Shown piece by piece: positions 48,322 through 58,080 of a DNA stretch of 64,000 nt. The position numbers and the translations under genes were made by a program. The notes beneath the pieces were generated by a model. It made no database searches and was not told the DNA's origin. It saw only the letters and a program-made list of their open reading frames with translations. Source of the stretch: Thermoprotei archaeon (GTDB lineage Archaea; Thermoproteota; Thermoprotei_A; Sulfolobales; Desulfurococcaceae); assembly GCA_040514375.1 (NCBI GenBank), contig JBEVCI010000010.1, positions 27,163 to 91,162 of the forward strand. Reading direction: 5' to 3'. Numbering within the stretch: position 1 is the stretch's first letter; each line of letters begins with the position of its first letter.

Positions 48322-49560
48322 TTATTTTACTAGTTTTACTCCGAGAATCCAACACAGTAGCTCGAGCATGGTTTCCGCACCATTTCTATACGGTACTAAT
48401 ACGTGGTGATTACCAGCTGCTTTCCGTATAAACTCTATGGGGCTATATCCGTGTATTTTTACTAGTGCTTGTGTTCTACAATATGGTTTCTCTAAATAGC
48501 CGGAGCTTGATACCTCGCCCCTATATACGTGTAGTTCTTTAAAGCCTAGCGAAAACCTCATAATTAGCATGTCTTTGTATCGGAGCTTACAAGTTACAGC
48601 AGCTGGTCTACCAGTCTCGAAGTGATCTACTAGCTTACAACCACTTCCCAGCGTGTGAGCTATTGTACAGTGTGCGAATCTTACTTGGTCTTTACCAGTA
48701 TACCCTGCTATATTAGCTATCCACCCTGGTAATTCAAAGAGTTCTTGTGCAATAACTAGTAGTGGTAAGCTGTAGTAGTCAGCTTCACAAACAGCTGGTA
48801 TACCTCTTGAAAGAAGCATTGATATTGCTAGACACGGTGTTACACCGGTTTCCATGATGAATGCGAAACAATCGAAGAGAACAGCATTATATCCTTTATC
48901 TTCTATTATTTTCTTGAGTCCGTGGTATATGCGAATAATCCTCTCGTAATCATTATTACTTATATCACCCCGTTTAATATTAGATTCGACTTCCCATACA
49001 CTATTTTTTAACTCCCATATACTTGCTTCTTCTAGTTTCTCTAGTAGCTCCTTATACGATATAGCGTGTACTTCTCCACCAAAAAACCCAGTATATTCAC
49101 GAGATTCTGGTGAGGGTTCACCTGTTTTATTAATCTCTAGTATTCTAAGACTCCTGATCTTATCTATTGCCTTAACTACGCGGTATAGTTGCTTGAGCTT
49201 TATAGTGAAATCCTCTACTCCATTATATGGTAAAACCAGTGTTTTATAACCAGATCGCCTAAATCTGTTACGGGCTGATAGTGCTGATGCTAGTGCATTG
49301 TGTTCACCGCTTGCAATTAATACTATGGGACCGGTAATCTTTGTTGATGACTGATACGATAATTTACTAGTACCGCCAGTAAGGTATATGTAGACGTAGA
49401 GATCGTAATTAGGCGGTATCTCGGTAGCACTAGTAACCGGATCCTCTACTATATCCACACTCTCTAAACCCTTAATACGTTCTATTAGTTCTCTATATAG
49501 ACCCGTATAGTATTCCTCGCTATGAACAGGGCTAGCAAAACCTACTACAAGGATCTTCAA
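48322..49560 (-). CDS. L-fucose/L-arabinose-isomerase-like protein (COG2407-like), tentative
   Basis: 412 aa with an N-terminal Rossmann-like MKILVVGF, a CEADYYS block and a C-terminal GNHHVLV. This is a resemblance only. Confidence 0.35.
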   Translation of the reverse strand: MKILVVGFASPVHSEEYYTGLYRELIERIKGLESVDIVEDPVTSATEIPPNYDLYVYIYLTGGTSKLSYQSSTKITGPIVLIASGEHNALASALSARNRFRRSGYKTLVLPYNGVEDFTIKLKQLYRVVKAIDKIRSLRILEINKTGEPSPESREYTGFFGGEVHAISYKELLEKLEEASIWELKNSVWEVESNIKRGDISNNDYERIIRIYHGLKKIIEDKGYNAVLFDCFAFIMETGVTPCLAISMLLSRGIPAVCEADYYSLPLLVIAQELFELPGWIANIAGYTGKDQVRFAHCTIAHTLGSGCKLVDHFETGRPAAVTCKLRYKDMLIMRFSLGFKELHVYRGEVSSSGYLEKPYCRTQALVKIHGYSPIEFIRKAAGNHHVLVPYRNGAETMLELLCWILGVKLVK

Positions 49561-49915
49561 TTAAAACACACCATGCTCTTACTAGTACCATATAATAAGA
49601 CCTTATAAGTAATAAATGTGTAAGACCCCAACCACTATAAAATTACTTATTGAGTAAGTTTCACCCTAGCCTGTACCGGGGAGATCGGATAGATCAATGA
49701 ATGTTTTCTAGGACGCCGATCAAGATCCATGGTTACGGAGAAGATGTTATTGTGATGTTAGAAGATTAAAGCATGTTAGTGATCGCTGGCTTAGAGATTT
49801 CTGAGTGCCCTAAATTACTTCTGAGAGAAGACGTAGACTTATTTATATAATGGTGGAGTAAAACGATTTGCTAATACCGTTCTCTGGTTTCTAGTCCCGT
49901 GGCCGTCTTTATTAG

Positions 49916-51829
49916 TTATTTCTTATCGAATTTGAATGGTGATACCTGGGGTCCGTATTTGTGTAGTGTTTCTTCTAGTCTTCTCTTCTCCGCTAATAGT
50001 ATGTCGAAGAACTTCTTAGGCGTTGTTGGTATATTCTCGTATATCTTCCATATCCTCTCTGTTTTCTCTAGCATTTTCTTAACTCTAATCATGAATTGTT
50101 TCTCGTAATCTTCCTCCCTGTACTCTTTATCTAGTTCCTGTTTGAATAGCTTTACCAAATCGGTATAGACTGGGATATAGCCTGTTGGGGTCTCTACTGC
50201 ATCTACTTCATTGTGTACTCTTAGTTCTATCCACTTGATCCAGACGCGCTTATCTACTTTACTGTTAAGATAACGCCCATGCTCATCTACTAGAAAGTAG
50301 TTTACACCATAGATACGTGGTACAATATCGACTTTCTTCTCGAATTCGAAATGTAGTTTTATGAATTCACCCAGATCTACTGAGAGGAAATCGAGTATTG
50401 CGAATGGGTTAAACTCTCTCCTACCAGCTTTACCTAGTACTGCGAATGTTCTCTGAGACTCTAAAGCTGCACCCTTAGTAACTATTCCATGAGACCAATC
50501 GAAAGCTTCTTGTACTGGTACCCATGTATCGGGGTCTCTTCCACCAAATACCATTGCTCTAATAGGTACTCCATATGGATCGTCCATGCGTGGATCGGCC
50601 TTCTCTATAGCGCTCAGCATCATGGTAAACCTAGCATTGGGATGACTAGGCCTTATCTCGTTACCCTCGCTATCTCGCTTACCAGGCCACCACTTACCAG
50701 CATAGTTTATACCTGGCTTTGGTGGTTCTGGTCTACCATTCCACCATACACTACCATCTTCTTGTAGGAGCACGTTTGAGAATATGATCTCGTTCTCTGG
50801 GTTATTGAGAGCACTGTAGAGTATTGGGTCATCCTCTGGATTAACACCATCAATTATACCAAACATGCCGATCTCGGGGTTAACGCCGCGTGCTTCACCA
50901 TTATATGGCCGGATAATAGCTAAGTCATCACCAACAATCGTATCTGCTATGAATGCTGTAGAGGTTTTACCACAACCAGCTGGGTAAGCCCCTGTTATAT
51001 AGGTTATACGATCGCCAGGCCCTTTTACGCCAACTATGAACATATGTTCACAAAGCCATCCTTCGCGATAACCCTTGTGTATACAGAATCTGAACATGAT
51101 CTTCTTGAGACCAATAGTGTTACCACCATACTGTGTATTAGTGCTATAGGCTGTATAGGTATCTAAGTCAAGGTATATTCTGCGCTTATCAATATCAATA
51201 ACCCATCCGTTCTCGTCAAGCCTACCAGTAGCGTGTACGAACCGCGCATACTCTATATCTGGGGCTTTCTCGACAAACTCGTCGTAGCATACACGGTATA
51301 GTAGTAGCTCGTTGTGGACAACATAAGCTGAGTCTGTAAGCTGTACCGCGTGCATTGTAAACGGCGATTTCTTCGGACCAAAACAGAAGAATCCTATGAA
51401 TAGCTCGCGTCCACGCATCATACCCTTTAATATCTCGCGTATTTCGCGTAGACCCTTCTCACGCTCAAGTGTATTGATATACGGCATTTTAACACCGGGT
51501 GGTACTAGTATTTTGGTGTTCTCCCTATCACGCGCTAAGTCGTGTGGTCCATCGAAGTGTACCGTGTGCTTTGGATACTTAGTTGGTAGCTCTTCTCTAC
51601 GCTCTAGTGCGCGTTTACGCACATACTCATGATCACTACTAGCACCGGTTATAACATAAACTCTATCCGGCTCGAGTAAGTAAAGCATATCAACAAGCCA
51701 CTCGTGAAGACGGGGATCACGTATTCTTAGGATATGATCAGCCATATCACTAGACATGTACTTTAGAAGTGATTTACGTATACTCTCAGTCTTATCCACT
51801 CTAGAGCCACCAGTAATTAACAATAACAT
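49916..51829 (-). CDS. pckG: phosphoenolpyruvate carboxykinase (GTP)
   Basis: YGGNTIGLKK, CEHMF, the kinase-1a loop YPAGCGKTS, HPNARFT and VFGGRD blocks of GTP-dependent PEPCK. Confidence 0.85.
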   Translation of the reverse strand: MLLLITGGSRVDKTESIRKSLLKYMSSDMADHILRIRDPRLHEWLVDMLYLLEPDRVYVITGASSDHEYVRKRALERREELPTKYPKHTVHFDGPHDLARDRENTKILVPPGVKMPYINTLEREKGLREIREILKGMMRGRELFIGFFCFGPKKSPFTMHAVQLTDSAYVVHNELLLYRVCYDEFVEKAPDIEYARFVHATGRLDENGWVIDIDKRRIYLDLDTYTAYSTNTQYGGNTIGLKKIMFRFCIHKGYREGWLCEHMFIVGVKGPGDRITYITGAYPAGCGKTSTAFIADTIVGDDLAIIRPYNGEARGVNPEIGMFGIIDGVNPEDDPILYSALNNPENEIIFSNVLLQEDGSVWWNGRPEPPKPGINYAGKWWPGKRDSEGNEIRPSHPNARFTMMLSAIEKADPRMDDPYGVPIRAMVFGGRDPDTWVPVQEAFDWSHGIVTKGAALESQRTFAVLGKAGRREFNPFAILDFLSVDLGEFIKLHFEFEKKVDIVPRIYGVNYFLVDEHGRYLNSKVDKRVWIKWIELRVHNEVDAVETPTGYIPVYTDLVKLFKQELDKEYREEDYEKQFMIRVKKMLEKTERIWKIYENIPTTPKKFFDILLAEKRRLEETLHKYGPQVSPFKFDKK

Positions 51830-51853
51830 TAACTAGAATATAAAGCATATATC

Positions 51854-52243
51854 CTAGAGATGATTGTGAGAGAATATATCAGGAGTATTTGGAACGTGAT
51901 CTTGGGGGTGATCTAGAGAAACAATATAGCTAACTCGTTGCCAATATGGCGAGCTCTTGAGTAGCACTCGTACTAGTCTAACAGGGTTTATCGATCCGCG
52001 TATTACGGCTACTCTATGTGTATACATTTTTAGTAGTTCACGCCTTAGACGGGGTGGTGTATGGTTTATCCATAGCGTATACCTTAGCCTTAGTTTATAA
52101 TACGTTGTTTTTAGCACGAACACGACGTATAGCATTGTTAATTCGAAGAATATTTTCACAACATAGAATACAAGCCTAGCTATAATAGCTGAGACTAGTA
52201 GGAGTGTTCTTATAACACGTTTCCTCTTAATGTTGTTCACCAA
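51854..52243 (-). CDS. hypothetical basic membrane protein
   Basis: 129 aa, 2 TM helices, Arg/Lys-rich. Overlaps the upstream gene by 17 nt. Confidence 0.4.
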   Translation of the reverse strand: MVNNIKRKRVIRTLLLVSAIIARLVFYVVKIFFELTMLYVVFVLKTTYYKLRLRYTLWINHTPPRLRRELLKMYTHRVAVIRGSINPVRLVRVLLKSSPYWQRVSYIVSLDHPQDHVPNTPDIFSHNHL

Positions 52244-52703
52244 TACACGCTTTTAAAGTATATTGTGGTCTCCTATCACTACCAGTATTAACTACGTAAC
52301 CCTTATTCTCAAGAAGTGCTAGTCTTTCACGAATAACTCTACGCGAAGCACTACCGCGCAGGTTTCTCACACGCCTGGTGATTTCGGAGACAGATAGTTT
52401 TTCACAAGTAGATAGAATCTTGATAATATCCCTGCTTATGGGGTCTAAACCCTGTGTGCCGAGAACTACTTTGAAAAATCTCTGAGTAGCCTCTATTGCT
52501 AAGTGAACTGGGATAGAGAATATAGTAGCTAGTTCAGCAGCTGTATGTAACTCCTCGCTTGTAAATCCCAGCTTTTTCAACAACCCCTCGATCTCTTCGA
52601 TCTTCTTCAAAGCTTTTTCAACAAGTTTTTCAAGTCTATAGAGCCTATCCTCAATACTGCTCAACAAATAACCACCACTAAGTATAACAGGATACGTAAA
52701 CAA
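52227..52703 (-). CDS. coiled-coil plus winged-helix DNA-binding protein
   Basis: N-terminal IEDRLYRLEKLVEKALKKIEEIEGLLKK and a C-terminal wHTH LSVSEITRRVRNLRGSASRRVIRERLALLENKGYVV. Confidence 0.5.
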   Translation of the reverse strand: MFTYPVILSGGYLLSSIEDRLYRLEKLVEKALKKIEEIEGLLKKLGFTSEELHTAAELATIFSIPVHLAIEATQRFFKVVLGTQGLDPISRDIIKILSTCEKLSVSEITRRVRNLRGSASRRVIRERLALLENKGYVVNTGSDRRPQYTLKACIGEQH

Positions 52704-52754
52704 GGGAATAAGAGCTGTGGAAACAAAAACTATGGATTTTCTAGTAACTAGTGT

Positions 52755-53156
52755 TTATTCTTCTTCTTTCCTCTTCTTCTCTTTTTCTACCTCTAATCTT
52801 ACCTTACTACTGGCTATTTCTCGTGCAATACTCCTTAACAACTCGTCTATAGATGGTATTAGCGATAACTTGCGGTTGTAGTAGTCTTTTACGATATCAT
52901 TTACAAGCTCTTCCGGCATTCCGGCTTCCTTCAACTGTTTATACATAGACGCTATTTCTTCTCCGAGCTTCTTACCATCAAGACTTGTTAATGCGGTCGA
53001 CAATATATCTCTAACAGCATCTTTAACCCTATCGATCAGGGTGCCTATGGACTCGATTACTTCCTTAGCGGCTCTAATCTCCTCCACCTCGCTAGCGCGC
53101 TCTTCTCTTGTCTCTTCTTCCCTTTCTCCAGTTATCTTCTCTTTCTCACTACTCAT
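52755..53156 (-). CDS. hypothetical acidic coiled-coil protein
   Basis: 133 aa with Glu/Lys-rich termini and a helical core. GGTGAG is upstream of the ATG. Confidence 0.45.
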   Translation of the reverse strand: MSSEKEKITGEREEETREERASEVEEIRAAKEVIESIGTLIDRVKDAVRDILSTALTSLDGKKLGEEIASMYKQLKEAGMPEELVNDIVKDYYNRKLSLIPSIDELLRSIAREIASSKVRLEVEKEKKRKEEE

Positions 53157-53213
53157 AATGACTCACCGAGTAACTACTCTGTATGCTCTAGTATTAACAC
53201 TTTATTAATCACT

Positions 53214-53231
53214 AGTGAACACTTGTTCACT
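53214..53231. promoter_or_regulatory. perfect palindrome AGTGAACA-CT-TGTTCACT upstream of the 53156 operon
   Basis: 8-bp perfect arms with a 2-nt spacer, 58-75 nt upstream of the ATG at 53156. It abuts a TTAATAAAG TATA-like element on the coding (minus) strand. Confidence 0.45.
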
Positions 53232-53338
53232 TAGAAGTGGTCAAACGAGGATCGCATGGGAATAGTGTTCCCAATAAAACCGGATCAGAGTTTTGTACTA
53301 GGTAATAGAAAATTGATTACGAATAAATATGGCTGGAG

Positions 53339-54070
53339 TTAGAGAGTTTTTACGAGATATAATATTAGAAGTGTGAGTACTACGAGCTCCGTATATAGTA
53401 GCAAATCTTTCTTCTCAAACCATTTAGTTGTAGTATTAATATTTGAGTATCCGTACAGCATATATGATTCAATTAAACTCTGAGAAGTATGTACTATTAA
53501 AAGTACCAGCGGTATTGCTATGCGATATAGCCTCTTACCCCTATACTTGAGCCTAATAGTAATACTAGATTCAGACAAGTAGTAGAATACTAGTGGTAAT
53601 TGCATAAAAACCATTGAAAATAACTGTGATAGAGTTCTCAGCCCTAGTTTGTTAAAGAAGCTTCTAATCTCGCTAACAGCTAGTAACTGGAAGAAGAGCG
53701 AGAATACGAGAAAGAATACCACAAGCCTAACTGCACCCACAACTATATCCACGGGCTTGGGGCCTGGCAATCCCGTTAAAGTGCTTACAAGGAATATTAG
53801 TGCTCCAAGAACCGTGAATAATAGTACTAGCTTGAGACCCGATACAACACTTCTAAATCCCTTGAAATAAGACGATACCAGTAATGTATAAGCTAGGAGA
53901 AGAACTAGTATACCCGTCTCTACAACCGGATTTGTAGTAGTTAATCTCGTGTATACTAGTAGAGCTAGTACTGTGAGCGGAATTAGTATTCTCAGTAACA
54001 TACCGTGTTCACGGCTTTTTCTAGAAGATGTCAATAGATATGAAAACTCTCTAAGCAAGATCTCCACCAT
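53339..54070 (-). CDS. ECF transporter T component (CbiQ/EcfT-like)
   Basis: 243 aa, multi-TM, overlapping the upstream ATPase gene by 20 nt. Confidence 0.65.
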   Translation of the reverse strand: MVEILLREFSYLLTSSRKSREHGMLLRILIPLTVLALLVYTRLTTTNPVVETGILVLLLAYTLLVSSYFKGFRSVVSGLKLVLLFTVLGALIFLVSTLTGLPGPKPVDIVVGAVRLVVFFLVFSLFFQLLAVSEIRSFFNKLGLRTLSQLFSMVFMQLPLVFYYLSESSITIRLKYRGKRLYRIAIPLVLLIVHTSQSLIESYMLYGYSNINTTTKWFEKKDLLLYTELVVLTLLILYLVKTL

Positions 54071-55487
54071 ACAAGCTCTTATAAATCTCGGCGATCTCGA
54101 CTATACTTGTCGAATCCACTACCTCGAGTTCGTATAAAACACCGTTTTCTAGCAAGTACTTCTTGTCCCATATACCCATAGTAGCTGGTTCAACCCAGCT
54201 AGAAGATACGATTACCGATGCTTTAGATGATGCTATCTTATTCAATAGCTCTACACGATCATGGTAGCTTATACCCGAGAAGGGCTCATCTACGAGTATA
54301 ATATCCGCTCCAGATACTAGTGCGAGTTCTAGTGCGAGTTTAATCATTTGTCCATGACTAAGTGTAAACGGAGAATCACGGGGATCTATGCCATAGCTTT
54401 TAGCCCGCTTCAGTCCATCCTCAATACACTCCTTACCCTTGCCTCTACTCTTACACAGTTCTATAACTTCACGCTCTACAGTATCCTCTGTATAGAAGAG
54501 CAGAACATTCTGCGGCACATAGATCACATCACCATGCTTTTTAACAAAGCCTCTATCTGGTTTCAGGTAGCCAGACAGGATCTTTAGGAGAGTCGTTTTA
54601 CCAGAACCATTAGCGCCGTAAATAAACACTTTATCGCCGTACCCGATAGTAATGGATACTCCATTAAGTACTCTCTTATCGCTATAGCTAAAGTATATAC
54701 TTCTTGCAAACACTACGTAGTCTCTACCCTCACTAATCGGTGAAGAGGGCTTAGTTCGTATACTGGCTTCACGATAACGTGGAAACTTCTTTCTAAGATT
54801 AGGTGCTATCTCTACTAATTTACCATTACATAATAGGAAAACTCTATCAACCCGATCTACTAGGGGTAGAAACCTGTGCTCGAATATAATTACTGTTTTA
54901 CCCAGTCTCCGTAGAATGTGCAGTACCGCGATAATATCTCTAACACCGTATTCGTCTAGCCACATGAGGGGCTCGTCGAATAACAGGATTTCAGGGTCTC
55001 CTATAAGGGCTTTAGCTACTAATACTCGCTTTGCTTCTCCACCAGATAATTCAAAGAAGTACTTATCGAGTAGCCTATGTATTGAAAAAGCTTCTACGAC
55101 TTTTGATAGAGCTCTATGCGCCTTGTCTTTATCACCATATATGCTTAGTGCATAGTTATATAAGTCGTCGTAGACGAGCATTTCGGTAAAATATAGGTAG
55201 GGGTTTTGACCAATAACATGGATTCTTCGTGGAAGCTCTGTTAGTGAGTACTCTTCAATATTCTTCCCGAGAACGCGTATGACGCCTTTAAGCTCACCAC
55301 CATAAATCGGGATTGCTATACCAGATAATATTCTACAAAGAGTTGTTTTACCAGAACCAGTTTCTCCAATGACTAGTACTTGCTCACCCCGTTCTATGGA
55401 GAGGTCTACTCCACGGATGATCCAGTCTCTATTCGGATACCTATAGTATAGATTGTTAACCTCTAGTGCTTTGTAAATACTGTTCAT
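54051..55487 (-). CDS. ECF/ABC ATP-binding protein, fused double ATPase
   Basis: Walker A GETGSGKT and GANGSGKT, signatures LSGGEAKR and LSHGQMIK, Walker B LLFDEPL and ILVDEPF. Confidence 0.85.
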   Translation of the reverse strand: MNSIYKALEVNNLYYRYPNRDWIIRGVDLSIERGEQVLVIGETGSGKTTLCRILSGIAIPIYGGELKGVIRVLGKNIEEYSLTELPRRIHVIGQNPYLYFTEMLVYDDLYNYALSIYGDKDKAHRALSKVVEAFSIHRLLDKYFFELSGGEAKRVLVAKALIGDPEILLFDEPLMWLDEYGVRDIIAVLHILRRLGKTVIIFEHRFLPLVDRVDRVFLLCNGKLVEIAPNLRKKFPRYREASIRTKPSSPISEGRDYVVFARSIYFSYSDKRVLNGVSITIGYGDKVFIYGANGSGKTTLLKILSGYLKPDRGFVKKHGDVIYVPQNVLLFYTEDTVEREVIELCKSRGKGKECIEDGLKRAKSYGIDPRDSPFTLSHGQMIKLALELALVSGADIILVDEPFSGISYHDRVELLNKIASSKASVIVSSSWVEPATMGIWDKKYLLENGVLYELEVVDSTSIVEIAEIYKSLYGGDLA

Positions 55488-56065
55488 CCTATAATGTACC
55501 CTGTTCTCTTGAGTACTGCTATACTCGCTAAAGCTACTGGACCTATTATAATTACTATTGTTGCATTAAATATTGTTATGTGTGGTATATAGAATAATAA
55601 GTAACTATAAGCCTCGTTAAGAGACTTGGCCCATCCAGCCCATAGTAGCCAGTAGGGTGTTATAACATAGTTTGCTAGAAGCATTACTAATACACGTGAT
55701 ACAGCCGCTAAACCAATCGAGATACCAGCCGCTATAGCGGGTTTTCGCTTCATTAGTTTCTTGTACGCTATTACTAGTGGTGTAAAGGTTGAGAACTCGG
55801 CTAAAACCTTCATAGCCATGCCGATAGGGTCTGAGGCTAGTAGAGTTGTTGAAACGAGATAGTATACCGGTAGCGATATGTAGGCGTATTTCAGCGATAT
55901 GTAGGCTATTACTATTAGTGGTACACCTGATAGATCGTATTTCAGGAAAGGAGCTGGTGGATAAGGTATTTCGAAAAACCTAAGTATTATAGCAAGAGCT
56001 ATGAGACCAGACACTAATAGGAGATCCTTAAGCCTACGAACCTCACTAATAGAGCTACTTGACAA
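55484..56065 (-). CDS. ECF transporter S component-like membrane protein
   Basis: 193 aa, 6 TM helices, 4-nt overlap with the ATPase gene. Confidence 0.55.
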   Translation of the reverse strand: MSSSSISEVRRLKDLLLVSGLIALAIILRFFEIPYPPAPFLKYDLSGVPLIVIAYISLKYAYISLPVYYLVSTTLLASDPIGMAMKVLAEFSTFTPLVIAYKKLMKRKPAIAAGISIGLAAVSRVLVMLLANYVITPYWLLWAGWAKSLNEAYSYLLFYIPHITIFNATIVIIIGPVALASIAVLKRTGYIIG

Positions 56066-56152
56066 ATCTATTTCCCTCTCTTCCTATTAACTTACTTCAT
56101 GTATAGATACGCGTGAAGTTAATATAGTTAAGTACTCCAAGGGGGTAGCGAG

Positions 56153-57397
56153 CTAAGATAATGTATGTAGTACTATGTCTACTTCATCTCCCTTCTCAAA
56201 ACCCTCGTTATCCTCCGGTATTACTAGATAGCCATTTGTTTTAACGAGACTAGATAATACTCCACTACCTCTCAGCATATAGGGTTCTGCATAGTAATTA
56301 CCGTTTTCTCTCCATACACGTACACGGATATAGCTACGATACCCTATTACATTAGGTGTTCTACGCGTTAATACTGCTCTAATAGTAGGCTTTACTGGGG
56401 GGTTTAAGCCCATTAGCCTATACAGTATTGGAGTAACTAGTGCCTCGAGACCTGTCCACGCAGCAACAGGGAACCCGGATAAGAGAAATACTGGTTTATT
56501 ATCTACCAGTGCTAAGCTAGTTGGACGACCCGGCCTCATAGCAACACCGCGGAAAACCCATGTACCGTGCTTTTCGACAACATCTTGTATAACGTCTTGT
56601 CCACTAATACCAGCACCACCAGTAACCACTACTACGTGGTGATCCTCTATAAGCCTTAGTAGAACATTCTCGAGAATACTTTTCTTATCGGGATAAACCC
56701 CGTAGTAAAGGGGTTTAGCAAAAGGTATCTCCTCCAGATAGTTTTTAACTAGTACACCAGTAGAGTTGTAGAGTTTTCCAGCTACACGTCTATAGCCCGG
56801 TTCTACAACTTCATCGCCTGTTGTGAATATAGCTATTCTTATCTTCTCGTATACTTTCACTTTATCGACACCGGTGCTAGCAATAATGCCGAGATGCCAG
56901 GGACGAAGCAGTGTATTCTTACTGACAAGTACTTCTCCTTTAGTATAATCCTCTCCACGACGCGAGACATTAGCATATGGTGCTACTTGCCTGTAGATAT
57001 CAACGTATTCCCCATCTCTACTAGTATCCTCTGCCATAACAACAGCGTTTGCACCACGCGGTAACGGAGCACCAGTAGATACTTCAACAGCTTCTCCGTG
57101 ACCAATACTATGCTTATTGGGAGTATCGCCGGGCCTTAATATACCAACAACCCTTAGTCTTACCGGATTTAATGGTGATGCTCCATACGTATCCTCGGCA
57201 ATAACAGCGTACCCATCAACAGCAGAGCGATCGTATTCGGGGTGATCAAAACCGGCAATAATGTCCTCGGCTAATACATGTCCACAAGCACTCCACACAC
57301 TCTCTTCTACAACCCCTAGCTCGAGCCCTCCTAGCATATTAACAGCTTTCTCAATAGCTTCATCCACACTAACTAGTTCACCAAGAAACCTATACAA
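56153..57397 (-). CDS. moeA: molybdopterin molybdotransferase MoeA
   Basis: 414 aa. SAVDGYAV, a central MoCF-biosynthesis domain (VVVTGGAGISGQD) and a C-terminal beta-barrel. Confidence 0.85.
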   Translation of the reverse strand: MYRFLGELVSVDEAIEKAVNMLGGLELGVVEESVWSACGHVLAEDIIAGFDHPEYDRSAVDGYAVIAEDTYGASPLNPVRLRVVGILRPGDTPNKHSIGHGEAVEVSTGAPLPRGANAVVMAEDTSRDGEYVDIYRQVAPYANVSRRGEDYTKGEVLVSKNTLLRPWHLGIIASTGVDKVKVYEKIRIAIFTTGDEVVEPGYRRVAGKLYNSTGVLVKNYLEEIPFAKPLYYGVYPDKKSILENVLLRLIEDHHVVVVTGGAGISGQDVIQDVVEKHGTWVFRGVAMRPGRPTSLALVDNKPVFLLSGFPVAAWTGLEALVTPILYRLMGLNPPVKPTIRAVLTRRTPNVIGYRSYIRVRVWRENGNYYAEPYMLRGSGVLSSLVKTNGYLVIPEDNEGFEKGDEVDIVLHTLS

Positions 57398-57574
57398 TCA
57401 ACTACACCCCACTACCAGAAAACCCTATAAACACTCCATCTCCCGAGTTATTACGTAATTAATCACAACGTATAGAATGTGTTAAAGCTACTAAAATAAT
57501 AACTTGTTAGAGCCGGGAGAGGAATAGCGAATTATAGGGTTTTACGAGAATAGCTCAAGTATGGTGCTAATAGA

Positions 57575-57976
57575 ATGGTTTTAGTAAAAGCATGTGTAAA
57601 AATACGTGGTTTTAGGAAAGAGTATTCTACTAAATCAGCACTCGTAGATACCGGGACACGTATAACAGTACTCGATGAAACCAAGGCCGAGGAAATTGGC
57701 GTAGAATATACTGGGAGAGAGCTTGGTCTTATCTCTATATCAGGACATAGAGTTAAAGCAAGAGAAGCAATTGTTAATGAACTAGTTATTGAGGATGAAA
57801 CGCTAAAATACGAGGCATTAGCAGTAGCCAAGATACCAGATAATGTAAAACGTGTACTATCCTCGAACAATCTAGATACCAATATTATAATAGGCTTACT
57901 TACTCTTGAAAGAGCCAACTTAGTACCAGATACTACTAGAGGCTACCTAAGAAAAGCTGAGGGATTTATACTATAA
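57575..57976 (+). CDS. retropepsin-like clan AA aspartic protease (archaeal AF_0612-type)
   Basis: 133 aa with ALVDTGT (the D-T-G active-site motif) and IIIGLLTLE (flap/dimer region). Confidence 0.65.
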   Translation: MVLVKACVKIRGFRKEYSTKSALVDTGTRITVLDETKAEEIGVEYTGRELGLISISGHRVKAREAIVNELVIEDETLKYEALAVAKIPDNVKRVLSSNNLDTNIIIGLLTLERANLVPDTTRGYLRKAEGFIL

Positions 57977-58080
57977 GTGCGCGGCGTATTACGTATTTCC
58001 TACGAGTATCACAAAGTTGTTCCACGTAGTCGTGACACTTCTATATTTTATCTAGGACTATCACAATCACTACTGAATAG

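Noticed and set aside
56080-56125. Imperfect hairpin ATTAACTTacTTCA...TGAAGTTAAT between moeA and the ECF S gene
   Set aside because: The stem is interrupted and AT-rich. It is compatible with ordinary promoter or terminator DNA, so no specific claim can be made.
57532-57918. 128-aa minus-strand ORF opposite the DTG protease
   Set aside because: No motif and Ser/Leu-rich composition. The plus-strand ORF has the D-T-G active-site signature.
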